This document shows, piece by piece, positions 13,247-26,479 of a stretch of DNA of 64,000 nt. Made by a program: the position numbers and the translations under genes. How positions within the stretch are numbered: the first letter of the stretch is position 1; each line of letters starts with the position of its first letter. Location: positions 19,592,001-19,656,000 of the forward strand of contig NC_043005.1 in NCBI RefSeq assembly GCF_006345805.1, written 5' to 3'. This DNA comes from Octopus sinensis. Taxonomy: Eukaryota. The notes beneath the pieces are model-generated. The model was given only the letters and a program-made list of their open reading frames with translations, ran no database searches and was not told the DNA's origin.

Positions 13247-13763
13247 CTTCTTCTTCTTCTTCTTCTTCTTCTTCTTCTTCTTCTTCTTCTTCTTCTTCTT
13301 CTTCTTCTTCTTCTTCTTCTTCTTGCCGCCATCGTCGTCGTCGCCATTATTTCAGTTGCTTTTATTTCTGTAAATATTCGTGTTATTATTGCTGTTGGTA
13401 TTGTTGTTGTGTTTGCGGTTTTTTTTTTCTTGTTTTTTTTTTTGTTGTTGATGTTGTTGTTCTTGTTGTGGCTTTTGCACATTTTTGTTTCGCTTTTGTT
13501 TCTGTTCTTTTTCTTTCTCCTTTTGCTCTCACCACCGCCGCCGCTGCCGCCGCCGCAGCTGCTGTTGTTGCTGCTGCTGTACGTGTTGTTGTTGTTGATG
13601 GCAATATTGTTGCTCTTATTATCATTGTTATCATTGTTGATATTGTTGTTCTTGTTCTTGTACCTATTCCTGTTGTTTTCCTTCCTATTGTTTGTTCCTA
13701 CTGTTGATAATCGTTCTCACCGTTCATTTTGTTGCTGTTGTTGTTACTGCTGCTGCTGGTGTT

Positions 13764-13794
<31 letters not shown>

Positions 13795-13892
13795 ATGATG
13801 TTACTGTTGTTCATCATCATCTTCATCATCATCATCATCATCATCACCATCATCACCATCACCACCATTCTCATCATAATCATCATCATAAA

Positions 13893-13930
<38 letters not shown>

Positions 13931-13944
13931 CCATCACCACCATT

Positions 13945-13975
<31 letters not shown>

Positions 13976-13989
13976 CCATCACCACCATT

Positions 13990-14026
<37 letters not shown>

Positions 14027-14344
14027 CCATCACCACCATTATCATCTTCATCATCATCATCATCATGGCCATCATCAAGATGCTTCAGTCGCATCTCCGT
14101 TGGATTTTATCTCGTCGATCATCACCTTCATTTCATCCTCATTGATCATATCAGCATCACTAAACGATCGATTTATGTTCAGCCTTTTCATTACTCTAAT
14201 TGGTATCGATCTCTGTCTCACTCTTCCTCCCCACCTTTCTCAATATTTCCTCTACTCTTCTTCTTTATCACCTTCTTCTTCTCCTCCCCCTTTCCTTCTT
14301 CTTCTTCTTCTTCTTCTTCTTCTTCTTCTTCTTCTTCTTCTTCT

Positions 14345-14391
<47 letters not shown>

Positions 14392-14398
14392 TTCTTCA

Positions 14399-14449
<51 letters not shown>

Positions 14450-14530
14450 CATCATCATCATCCTCATCATCATCGTCGTCGTCGTCGTCATCGTCGTCAT
14501 CATCATCATCATCATCATCATCATCCCTCT
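13120..14530. repeat. Compound trinucleotide repeat field (GTT, CTT, GCT, GAT, CAT/CAC, ATT)
   Basis: Read directly; source of the poly-L/H/I/D ORFs. Confidence 0.9.
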
Positions 14531-14614
14531 CCTGCTAATTCTATTTCTCTCTATTCATATGCGCACTGTTCATACATACATACACACATACATAAGTACA
14601 TATACATGCACACG

Positions 14615-14680
<66 letters not shown>

Positions 14681-15540
14681 CTTATGGGAAGGTTAGACCT
14701 TCCCAAATGGCCATCAACTGCAATTACTCTTATCATTTCAAAAAATAATCAACCGACCATGTTATAAATTAACGTCCAATAACTAACCAGAGTGTCATAT
14801 ATAATATAATACATTGGGCGCCTCGATTTCTTCTTAAAGAGCCTCTCTACCACTAACAATATAAATGCTGAGCAAATTAGAAGAAAGAGGAAAGTAAATG
14901 CATAGAATAGCTAGTAATTAATAAAATGATATAAGGTAAAACAGTTAAGTAACGCATGGATTATTGAAGCGTTACAATTAGTCGAAAATCCCCTGTTGCT
15001 AATTGCTGCTATATAATACTTGATTAGGACTTGGTGCACCACCAGAGAATTCACTTAATTGAAGATTATTAAAAAAAAAGCATCATCATCAAGGATGACA
15101 GCCTGTCACTACGGCTGTGGGTCGTTTCGTCGAGCATATTATCGTAGCATCTCACTGAAATGAATTCCCTAAATTCAGGGATATATATCTCAGATTTTTT
15201 TTTTTTTTTTTTTTGTGGATGACCAGTAGCTTAATTTGGGTGGAGGGTATGGTGGACGGTCCGAATTGGACGATCGCCCACTGCAGCCACCACCACCACC
15301 ACCACTCACATGGACACTGCAGGGGTTGCCCGAAACGAGGGTGATGTCAAGGGCTACCTCTAGTGGCACATCCTCCAACTACTCCACGGTATGTGCCACA
15401 TATTAAAGACATTAAAAAAAAACCCCAAATGGATCCCATTTCTCAGATCTCATGAAGTGACATGAAATTTGGTGACTCCATATATGAAGAAAACTTCATT
15501 ACTCTCAAAATGAAAAAAATAGAGAAAAAGAAAAATCTCA

Positions 15541-15781
15541 CAGGTGTTGCTATGTGCTAAGAAACTTACTTCTCATCCATGTGGTTCTGAGTTCAGTCCC
15601 ACTGCGTGGCACCTTGAGCAAATGTCTTCGAATATAGCCCCGGATCGACCAAAGCCTTGCGAGTGAATTTGGTACACGGAAACTGGAAGAAGCCTTTCGT
15701 ATGTGTGTGTGTGTGTGTGTTTCCATCCACCACTGCTTGACAACCGGTGTTGGTGTGTTTACGTCCCAGTAACTTATCGAT
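15541..15781 (+). mobile_element. tRNA-SINE family A, 3'-truncated
   Basis: gagttcagtcccactgcgtggcaccttgagcaaatgtcttc...gaccaaagccttgcgagtg. Confidence 0.75.
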
Positions 15782-16181
15782 TTTAGTATAATGTGTGGAT
15801 CATATTGTAACACCCAAGTAACGTCATCCTTAGAGAAAAAGTGGGCAGTAAATACCTTTCTTAACTTTGTGGACATGAAAATATCATGTTGAGAATAGGT
15901 TATTAACTTGAGGCACAAGACAAAATGGAAGCTGATGCCGATCTTTCTCTAAGGAACACGGAAAAATAATACTTAAAACACCAGCAAAAAGACAAAGATA
16001 TACCAGTTCAGTAAGTTTAGGTCTGTACTCGGAATAAACAGAGAGACCACTGGCAGGTATCGGTATACACACACACACACACACATATACAGACATAAAC
16101 TACATGCGTGTGTATGCCGATTTTAAAATGAGTTTTACCCGCTTGTGGTCTCTCTGTTTGTTCCAAGTACTGATCTAAACA

Positions 16182-16261
<80 letters not shown>

Positions 16262-16315
16262 CTTTATTATCTCCCCTTCTTCCTAGCTCTCCTGTGTAAC
16301 CACTCTGTACAGCAT

Positions 16316-16506
16316 TCGCCATGATAGATCGCTAGCCACTATAGCATTTTCTATTTTCTCTCCCTGTTTATTTCTCTGTTCCTTTCTGTCGAAGAGCGAA
16401 GGCTCGAAACGTAAAAGACTTTCTCGCTTCCTGAGCGTTAAGCTAATGCATCTGTTTATTGTTTACACATTCGTCTTCATCTTTTGATTTTTTGTAAATT
16501 CTCACT
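16316..16506 (+). mobile_element. About 200-bp hammerhead-bearing short element (motif at 16382-16417)
   Basis: cttt-CTGTCGA-A-gagc-gaag-gctc-GAAAC-GTA-aaag; homologous to 8976-9186; followed by TA repeat. Confidence 0.7.
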
Positions 16507-16852
16507 ATATATATATGTATTATAAATATAAGGTAAAACAATATTTTATTTAATAATAAACAAATTTTACCAAGTAGCTTCGGTATGGAAAAAAAAACAT
16601 TATCGGTAAAAACTTACACAAAATGTTTTTTTTTGTAATCATAAATATAATTGAAGCAATTTTTTGCTAAATCCTTAATTATATATATATATATTTACCA
16701 AGTAGCTTGGTAAAATATATATATATATATAATTTGAGGGAATACTATTCCTAACTTACAGGGAAAATTCAATTTAGAAATACTAAATCAAATTTCACAA
16801 AATTATAAATTAGAAATTAGAAAAAATAAATTAGAAAAAAAATACCTTTTTC

Positions 16853-17083
16853 AATTCAAAATGAACAATTAAATTACACCATCTAGAAAGTTAGATATAA
16901 TAGAAATATTAAATATATATATTAAATAACAATAATATACGATGATTTAAGTAATGTGCAAAATAATAAATAAAACTTATATATTTAGTTTTTATACTAA
17001 ATATATATATTTAATATATATATTTAATATTTCTATCATATGTAATTTTCTAGAAGGTGTAATTTAATTGTTCATTTTGAATT
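16853..17083. repeat. AT-rich inverted repeat, about 75-bp arms
   Basis: aattcaaaatgaacaattaaattacaccatctagaaa... (16853-16928) versus ...ttttctagaaggtgtaatttaattgttcattttgaatt (17008-17083). Confidence 0.8.
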
Positions 17084-17131
17084 GATTAAAAGTGTTTTTT
17101 ACTAATGCATACATACATACATACATACATA

Positions 17132-17299
17132 CAAAGCTGGCCCTTTGAAATACATGTACTACTCAGTTTTACCGGTTTAAAAGACTAGAGCAACGTGAAA
17201 TAAAGTCTTGCTCAAGGACACATGGCAACAGCGGGAATTGAACTCACCATCATACGATCGTGAGCCGAATGCCTTAATCACTAAGCTACGCGCCTTCAC
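17132..17299 (-). mobile_element. tRNA-SINE family C
   Basis: Reverse complement gtgaaggcgcgtagcttagtgattaaggcattcggctcacgatcg...gagttcaattcccg has A- and B-box-like motifs; homologue at 25110-25279. Confidence 0.75.
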
Positions 17300-17399
17300 T
17301 ACGCGCTCACACACATACATATGAAAAGATTACCGACATCATTCGGCACGGCAACAGCACTATGACGTCATGAAGAGACTCAATGAATTTGACCTTAAC

Positions 17400-18490
17400 T
17401 CGCTTAATAAAATTAATAACGCATTAATTTCATTTGCTTGGGAGGATTTTTGACAAATTAAGCGAATTCTGATGGATGGTAATTGTAGCCCTGTATTAAC
17501 GGATTTTTATCTATCTCCACGTGAGTTCAACTTCCTTAATGATCTACACCGAAGGAAAAAAAAAAACTCTTTTGGTCAAACAACTCGGTTGATGCTGCAG
17601 AGATATCGATGATATTTTTTATTCCTGACTATGGGTATTTTGAATATATACTGAAAAAACATATCCGGTGGATCTCCAGGCAGATAAAAATTGGCGATTC
17701 AGTAAAAGAGGTTAACTATTTAAATGTGAAAATAGTTTGTGTAGATTGTAAGCTCGAAATGACTGTTTATAACAAGATTAATAGCTTTTAATTTCCGCAT
17801 TACATCGTTGGGATCTTTTCGGTTTGAACGGCAGTTTTTTTTCTAGCGGTGTCATATGAAATTATCACCCATAATTATGACCCTAGTATCGATCTATTGC
17901 ATTTAAATCTCTTTTAGGGTTAGGGTTAGGGTTAGGGTTAGGGGTGGGGGAAGGGTATCTTTTTTTTCTTCACAAATGTAAATAAACCCAAACTGTTTCT
18001 TAAACGAGGGACATATTCATACGGCACAGAATGCTTTTTGACTCAATAGACGTCACTGATTGGTTGGAATTGCAGAAATTGAAGAAAAAAAACAACAACA
18101 AATATCTTACAAACTATAGAATTTTCTCAATAAACCCAAGAGAAAAAGAAGTTTTATAAACACATTCTACCAGTATACGAAGTTTAAAATTTTTTAGTTA
18201 CCTAAAAATTATGTTAAAAACTGCCGTTCAAACCGAAAAGATCCCATCGTTGGCCTTGGCGGATAGTAGCATTACTCTTTCATGGGTTATGACGTATTTT
18301 CCAGTCAAGTCATTAGATATGACAGAATTATAAATAACGTTGGAATGTTTTTGGATAGAGTTAATATGTCAAAGGCGCACATGGGAAAACAGTTGTAAAA
18401 GATTGATTAAATGTTTAAATGTCGCTTAGGTAAACGCGGTAAAGCTTTGAGAAAATATGGAACGATCTCGATTTTAAAGTTGATCCTGGA
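17400..18490 (+). pseudogene. Degraded Penelope-like element reverse transcriptase, split by a MITE
   Basis: Manual translation across frameshifts: QIKRILMDGNCSPVLTDF...RDIDDIF...VNYLNVKI...MTVYNKINSF...GYDVFSSQVIRYDRI, matching PLE RT motifs GIPMGTNCAPLLADLFL, RYIDD, VSYLD, YDKRDDF, AYGVFISQLIRY. Confidence 0.7.
17810..18245. mobile_element. 436-bp MITE with perfect 30-bp TIRs, 6-bp TSD (ATCGTT) and internal (TTAGGG)5
   Basis: TIRs gggatcttttcggtttgaacggcagttttt at 17810-17839 and its reverse complement at 18216-18245; ATCGTT at 17804-17809 and 18246-18251; TTAGGG x5 at 17914-17943. Confidence 0.9.
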
Positions 18491-21400
18491 ACTGTAAAGG
18501 GTATTATTTTTTTTTATATCTAGGTAAGGTTAAATCACTGTTTAGAAGTCTTAGGGTTGGTTGTTATTCACTGTTGTGTAGTTAGGTTTGACTTCTGCCT
18601 GTTGACAGATATTGATCTTTCAGTACTTGGCAGCGTAGAGTTTAAGATGTGAATATCGTTTCTGTTAATTTCTCTGCAACACGTGGGGTTTCGTTACAAA
18701 TAACATTATTACGGTAGTAATTTTGTTTTAGTAGTATATAATGTTTATAGTTTGTAAGTGTATATGTTGATTTAAATTACATATATATTTATTTATTCAA
18801 TAATTCAAGGTAATTCGAATTGCTTCCAAGTAGCAAGCTCGTTGGCCGTTTATTTATACAGGATTATTTAGTCTCTTTGTTGTTAGGGTGTGTTATTAGT
18901 TATTTGATTTAATTATAGATGTATGTGTGTGTGATTTTTTTTACTTTGATTCAGTTCAATTATTTCAGGCCCTAGCCTTGTAATATACCCCAAACAGAAG
19001 TTAACATCTCCAGCGTTTAGAAAGCAAGGAAAAGGGATTGCACTTGCTGCACCTTAATAATAAAAAAAATTCTACTGCTATCCACCAGGCGAACAATTGC
19101 AAGGGGCTATTATAAATAGAGCCTTCACTGATGCAATGTCTTAGAATCGGCCCCTCATGGTAACATTTTATGCACACTTTCCAATTGCACGATAAGTCGT
19201 GTGGATATAAAATATTATGTCGGCGACAAACTGCTAATCCGAGTTAAAGAAACACTTATACCATTACTTCTTCAGTGGGAAAACATTCAGAGATATGTCA
19301 ACATAATTATTACGGTAATAGCCAAATCCACGGAATGAAATATTAGAAAGTGAGGATAAACTACCAAATAACAAACGTCCTGAAACACGATTTATAATAA
19401 TTGCTTGTAATTTAATTATGTTTCAAACACAAACTCACGAATCGTATCTTGTTTTGTTTAGTTTTTCAGCTTGTGTTCCTGGTTGCTACGTGTCTGTTAT
19501 AGTTTATTCATTTACTGGGGACTGTTCTACATTGAAGGGGGTAGATTTAGGTTTTTAGGAAGAAAATTATCCATATGGCATAAAATTTATCGAATTAAAC
19601 TTGAACATTATGTCGTGAAATAAATATCATATTGAAATGAGAATGTAACACCAAAAAAACTTCTTTTTTTTAATTGATCTCCCGTCATTTAATTATCAGT
19701 TCAGTGAATTAGCGTGTACATGGCAGGACTCAGTGTATAACATGGATGCTGCCTTTGAATCATAGACACAATTCATCAGTTGAGGTCCTACACAGATTCT
19801 GTCAACTCATTTCATTCAAAAGGCTGGAGATGATCCAAGGTTATGATGAAACACATGAAAAGAATTCTTTTTAAGTAGGAAGGGAGGCAATATCCATGAC
19901 TCTTTACAGAGCCTTCGTCATTGTTGGGAGGAAGAAGTTAAGTGTCTTCAAACGGAAAGCTGGATTAAATACTTCCATGGTGCCAGGTGGTGTTGTTAAA
20001 CTTGGCTACGAGTTAAGTCTACCACCCATGTAGTCCATGGCTGGATTTGACCACAGAAACACAAACATCCAAAACAATTACCAAAAGGCATCTGGTCCAA
20101 TGTTCTTGCTGTTCCATCAATTCACTGCTTTGGTTTGGTATCCCCATCGATTCCGAAACGATGAAATTTGGGCTTTGAACTCAGGCAGTCGGATGAAGAA
20201 ATACTGTAATGAGTTGCATTCAATGCTCTAAAATTTCTGCGAATTCGCCGAGATATAGTGCAATGGTTTCGAACTTCTTAACCATTCTTCTATGCTAACT
20301 TTGCCAAGAGCTAAAAATTCCCCTTCATTCAAATTTGTGACTGCATATTTATGAAGTTTTCTAAATAGCTACGGAGAGGAAAACAAAATATATTTTAACT
20401 TTAAGACGAAAAGCATTAATTTAATATAAGTTGCTTTCATCGTCCATTAAGGATATTTATAAAGCACTGATATCATCACGGGCATATGTATTGGTTTAGA
20501 AATAACAAAGATTAGTTATCTTTATCAGCTACATTTGCAATTTGTTTATAATACCAATTATTCTAGCCTAGGAAATTTGAAAAATTAAATAATAAAACCA
20601 TATTTAAAGATTTATTAGAGGTTTAGAAGGGAAATAACTCTTGTTTACTAATTTTTCTCTGGCTTACTTCCCTTGTAAATTTAATTGTGTCTCTTTAGCG
20701 AAATAAAGTGTCACTTTAGCGTATTACAGCCTTTAACGCTCGAGTACCAAGCGATTAAGTAAACAAACAGCAGTTTAATATCTAAAATGACTGAAACTGT
20801 AGCCCTCCGTTGACAGACGGACATGTATTCTATGTAGAGATATAACTTCGATATTATTTTAAAGTAAAAAGAATAAAGAACAAAAGAAACACACTGCATA
20901 GAGCTATTATCTTTATTTATGGGTTTTAAAAAGACTGCGTGCTTTTATTACTGTTACAGATATCGATATTCTGTGAACAGGTAGCAAATGTTGAACGAAA
21001 CGTTTTAGTACTAAATAATATATTACTGAAATACAGTAAGAAGGAATCGAATAGAGAAGCACATATGTGTTTTCAATAGTCAATGAATATATATTACTTG
21101 TGTGTGCGTGTGTTTACATATTGCTTATAGTCGGAGACCGTGTGTTTAAGCAAGCGCATAAAGCTAAGCACATATTGATCACTGAAAGTATATACGCACG
21201 TTTAATGTTTCACTTCTGTTTTACTATGACTTCCTGCTTCGTATGACTGTGTACTAAACTAGTTTGCCGTACATTTACGACCTGGTCACAGAATTTAACA
21301 CTGCGTATGTTTAATACCTGATAATATGATAACTGCACAATGTAATGTCTATCTTTATATATTGTCATAAAATAATATCGAAATTTATATCCATCCATCC

Positions 21401-21493
21401 ATCCATCCATCCATCCATCCATCCATGCATACATACATACATACATACATACATACATCTATCCATACATACATACATACATACATACATACA

Positions 21494-21526
<33 letters not shown>

Positions 21527-21941
21527 GCCTGCGTTCCTAGGTAGTTAGGTAGTTAGGTAGGTAGGTAGTAAATAATATATATATATATATTATATATATA
21601 TATATATAATATATATATATATATTATATATATATATATATATATAATACATACATGCATACGTATATATATGTATATATGTCTGTAAGTATACATATAC
21701 ATAATATAAATAATATATATATATACATATATGTGTGTGTGTGTGTGTGTATGTGTGTGTGTGCGTGAATGTATTGTACATACATACGTATATAGACACA
21801 AACACACACACACATTCAGCCGAGTTCAAATTTGTAATTATCTGTTGATAAATTCTATAGAAACCTACATCTATAAACGGTTATAAGTTTAAGACTAAAA
21901 CAATAATTATGTACATACACACATACGTGCATGTATACATA

Positions 21942-21969
<28 letters not shown>

Positions 21970-21975
<6 letters not shown>

Positions 21976-22385
21976 CAAAATAAGCAACAAGTATATCCAA
22001 GGTTGAGTAGTACAATTGTTTCATGCTACTGCATTTTATTAAACACTAAGTATTACATCAGTTTTAAAATATCGAGCAATCTTCAGCCACTTATAGAATT
22101 TTCCAGTTAAACGGACAATACACATTCTTATCCCTATTTCATTTGCCAACATTCTCAAGAATGAAATCAACCTCTCTGTCTATATATCTACCCTCTTTAT
22201 AATGTTGGCAAATGAAATAGGGTAAGAATGTGCATTGTCCGTTTAACTGGAAAATTCTATAAGTGGCCGAAGATTGCTCGACATTTTAAAACTGATGTAA
22301 TACTTACAGTGTTTAATAAAATGAAGTAGCATGAAACAATTGTACTACTCTACCTTGGATATACTTGTTGCCTATTTTGATTATA
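21970..22385. repeat. Long near-perfect inverted repeat (about 184-bp arms, about 47-bp spacer)
   Basis: 21970-22153 and 22201-22385 are reverse complements with only scattered mismatches. Confidence 0.9.
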
Positions 22386-22501
22386 ATCAACTCATTTGAT
22401 TTATATGGAAAATACCATAAAAAATTCTGGTGCCTTTAACTTAAGTACCATATTCATCTGAATCTAAATTTTGCTGAACTTATATATATATATATATATA
22501 T

Positions 22502-22608
<107 letters not shown>

Positions 22609-23049
22609 ACAAAGTGTACGTACGCCGCTATATATATAAAATAAAATACAAAATGGGACAAGAACGCAAAACATCCAGATAGACGATACAAAAAAACAAG
22701 GACGGATCATTCGAAGCTTTTTATCTTCAGTCAAGAACCGGATCATCCTCGCAATTTCGGCTAGCGCAAGAAGCAACAGCAACATCCATGCTCTTCACCA
22801 AATCTTTCTCAACGCTTTTGTGCCTGCTTAGTCTGCGACACCATCATCATGGAGTTATCATTCAATCAGGAAGGAATCGAATCTCTTGGACACGGGAAAC
22901 ACACATGCACACACGCCCGTACACGCGCACACGCGTCCGCACGCGCGCGCGCGCACACACACACACACACCATACCACTTTTCACCTATTAGATGGTCCC
23001 AAACAAATTGAGAAGCCACTTAGTGCTAGGGACTGTGAAGATGGAGTAA

Positions 23050-23345
23050 TTAAAATAAAAAGAATGAATTTACTTTAGATTTGAAAGGGTTCACGTGGTA
23101 AGAAAGGGGAAAGCAATGAGATGGAGAAGAATTCCAAAGTTTGACAGTTTGATGGGAGAAGTTACGATGGTAGAATGACTTCCCTATTCGTGGAAGCACA
23201 ACAACACTTGGATGAAGATGCTTTGAGTTCCGGGTCAGGCGAGATGGTACAAAGTGATCTGGATCTAGGAGAGAAAGTTTATCAGAGCACTTCCAGTATA
23301 AATAGAATTATAAGCCTTCGCCGTATATTGTCGATAGAAAATAGT
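23050..23345 (-). mobile_element. CR1/L2-group LINE 3' end remnant
   Basis: Minus-strand translation ...PSRLTRNSKHLHPSVVVLPRIGKSFYHRNFSHQTVKLWNSSPSHCFPLSYHVNPFKSKVNSF fits the C-terminal TR..HP...SF..T..LWNSLP..FP...FK..VN pattern. Confidence 0.65.
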
Positions 23346-23449
23346 CTAATATTAGGGCATATAAATCCTTCGTGACGGTAAAAAAAAAATGGGCTTCATG
23401 TATGTATGTATGTCATTGTTCAATTTTATTCCAAGATTTCTTGCTAATA

Positions 23450-23735
23450 GAGTATGAACCGGTTTCTAACTTGGATCCAAGCCTCCTTCATTGGAATTTC
23501 AACTTCAACAACAGTGTATTTTTGTATGTATGTATGTATGTATGTATGTATGTATGTATGTATGTATGTATGTATGTATGTATGTATGTACGTTTGTATG
23601 AGCATATCTGTATGTTTTATGTATGTATTCTCATGCATATAGCTGTATATCTAAACATGCTCATATATATTTAAATGATAAACGTCTGGAAAGTTTTACA
23701 GATTTTTACAGTTCCATTGATGGATTAGATCTGTA
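23450..23735 (+). repeat. Dispersed repeat homologous to 6830-7045 with internal (GTAT)n
   Basis: Shared core ggatccaagcctccttcattggaatttc. Confidence 0.6.
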
Positions 23736-25070
23736 GTCTTCGAATTAGATTTCTCCTTTCTAGGGATTTGGTACGATATTCAAAGCCATTTTGGATCGAT
23801 GTTAAGTCTCTGCAGCTTTGTTTTCGCTTTAGGTAGAAGCTGTCTATGTCATTGTTTATGTGAAAATTATGTGTGCTTGCTAGTATTTTTCGGGTTTTCA
23901 CATCAATGGCTCGGATCTCATCAAGCGTCCAATAGAGCGTCCAATAGAGCAGCCCAAATGTTGGTATGAGTACTGGCACTGCAAAAACATTGTGGGTCAC
24001 TTTTTTATTGAATGCAGAAAGTTCTGAGGTCCAAATTTTCTTTATTCGGCTAGAATATTCTTTAAAGGCACGTGTTTTATTACAGATGCCGTCGTAAGAT
24101 ATGTTTCCATCCACACCTAGATACCTGTAACATTCCTCGTCAGATAAACGGAAAATAGTCAACTCATTGATAGTAATGTTGCTAGTGTGGTTTCTAGTTT
24201 TCCCCCTTTTCACAACTATACAACAACATTTATCCTGACCAAACTCCAACCCTACATCCTTTGAGAATGCTGCACAAAGTTTCGAGTCATCCACAAAGAA
24301 ACTGTGTAATTTTGGTATTTCTCTTTCCTTGTGAACCTGTCAGATATCCTTCAGACTTCCTTAACATGAATGTCAAGGGGTTTACAGAAAGTACAAACAA
24401 CATCACAGAGAGGCTGACCCTTGGAATATGCCATCGCGATATTGCACTCTATCGATAACACAGTCACTCTTTGTGTTTAATTTCAAGATGCTGGCTCACG
24501 GTGACGTCAGGTTAGTTATGGCTTTGACTATGCTCATCGGAACTTTAGCAAGTTGAAGGGCTTCTAGCATCCATAAGTGGGGAACAGAGTCAAATACTTC
24601 CTTATAGTCTAGCCACATTGAAACTAGGTTCCTCCTATGCTCTTGCACCTCGGGCATCTCAGTTTTGTTGATTAACAATTGCTCGGCACATCCCCAGACT
24701 CCCTTCTTCCCAACTGCTTGTTCTGCTGTGATGATGTTATTGGTTTCACAATGGTCCTGGAGGAAGAGGTTTAACCATGATGTATATATCTTATTCATTA
24801 TGTTCTGGGATGAAATTGGCTGGTAGGTTTTTGCCATGTGAGTGGTTCTGCATTTGGGTTATCAATTTTGTCTCTGCCAGAGATATCCAGTGTGATATAC
24901 TACTGTTCCTATCGAGAGCTTACTGGTGTGATATACTACTGTTCCTATCGAGAGCTTACTGGTACAGATTGATAAGATATGGTCGATTGAAGGTTAGCTT
25001 CTTGTACCAATATCCAACAATCAAGTCCCTTCTAGGTGCTTTTCCATCCTGGAGTTTCTGGATCACAGGT
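23735..25070 (-). pseudogene. Dong/R4-clade non-LTR retrotransposon reverse transcriptase remnant
   Basis: KAPRRDLIVGYWYKKL; EQAVGKKGVWGCAEQLLINK; WLDYKEVFDSVPHLW; GIFQG; YRYLG; KEYSSRIKKIWTSELSAFNK; NVFAVPVLIPTFG; IDVKTRKIL; several stops and frameshifts. Confidence 0.85.
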
Positions 25071-25109
25071 GCAAGAGTTCTCAAGGAGACTAAGCGTGAT
25101 ACAGAATGT

Positions 25110-25279
25110 GACAAGGCTGGCCCTTTGAAATGCAGGCATAACTCATTTTGCCAGCTGAGTGGACTGTAGCAATGTGAAATAAGTGTTTTACTCTAGGACA
25201 CAACGCGCCACCGGGAATCGAAATCAAAACTTTAGAATAGTGAACCGAATGCTCTAGCCGCTAAGTCACGCGCCTTCAC
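25110..25279 (-). mobile_element. tRNA-SINE family C
   Basis: Homologous to 17132-17299; a degraded plus-strand relative lies at about 35177-35315. Confidence 0.75.
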
Positions 25280-26083
25280 TGTATGGAAGACTTATTAGCT
25301 ATTCCAAGCACACAAACTGTTGACGGCGATTAATCATTCATTATACGGTGTCAAAATTTCCATTGCACTTGATCAATGCAACTGATGCAAAGAAATAGAG
25401 CAAGGAAAAGTTCGACGCGAAATAATAAATGATTAAGGGAAGTTAATTGTTTTTTTGTTTAGAATGGCTAACACGTGTCTTCCACAATATAATTGCTTTA
25501 GTTTAAACATAGCGTTTCAGATCAAATCACTTGGCAGATAAGTACAACACTGATATAAGTACCGATGTGCATAAATACATGCATACATACATACATATAT
25601 ACATACACACATACACACACACACATATATATATATGAATATACATACATACATACATACATACATACATCCATACATACATACATACATACATACATGC
25701 ATACATACATACATACATACATACATACATACATACATACATACATACATACATACATACATACATACATACATACATACATACATACATACTCTTTTAC
25801 TCTGTTACTCGCTTCAGCCACGCGGCTTCTCTCATGCTGGGGCACCATCGTGGAAAATACTGCGCCCAACATGGGTGATATTAAAGTCACAATTCCGTTC
25901 ACGCTTAATTTTTTTCATAAGATCTTGTCGTGTTTCTCAGTTAGTCGTCTACGTTTAGTTTGGAATAATAAATTCTCTTAAGTCCATCAACGTTTATATA
26001 TCTCCTTGGCTTCCTCTTCTCGAATGATAAGCATTATTAACGCGTTTTGCTGTAGGCAGCGAGTGATCACGTAAATGATGTTA

Positions 26084-26479
26084 TCTTTATATATAAAAGT
26101 AAGGTTGTGTGTCTGTCTCCTACGATTTAGATTCCTAACTATTCCCACATTTTGCGGTGCTGTTTAACCAAAACCGGGTATCTTATGGTCGTGATTCATA
26201 TCGAGCCCTTCTGGGTATTAGCGCGCGTCTACGATGAGTCTACGATTAAAAAAAAAATTACCATAATTTTTTTCCATTTTAATGCATATTTTCGCTATTA
26301 TATAAGGGAAGTAACTCTCTAAAAATGTCTACAATGAGTCAACGATTTAAAAAAAATTTACCATAATTTTTTTTCCATTTTTAATGCATTTTTTTGCTAT
26401 TCTTTGGCTATAACTCTCTAAAAATGCTTATATAGTTATTTCCCCTACAAACCCGAGCAACGCCGGGCGATACTGCTAG
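26084..26479 (+). mobile_element. 396-bp non-autonomous Helitron
   Basis: A|TC start (26083|26084), CTAG|T end (26476-26479|26480), subterminal hairpin cccg-agcaacgc-cggg (26452-26467), no TSD, internal duplicated block of about 90 bp. Confidence 0.8.

Noticed and set aside
17588-17595. TGA just before the RT RxIDD motif as a selenocysteine codon (reported for some Naiad elements)
   Set aside because: The remnant has many other stops and frameshifts and I see no SECIS; a single TGA is uninformative
17914-17943. Interstitial telomere or chromosome-fusion scar
   Set aside because: Only five units, enclosed by TIRs and a TSD, so transposon-borne; the same applies to 7384-7450
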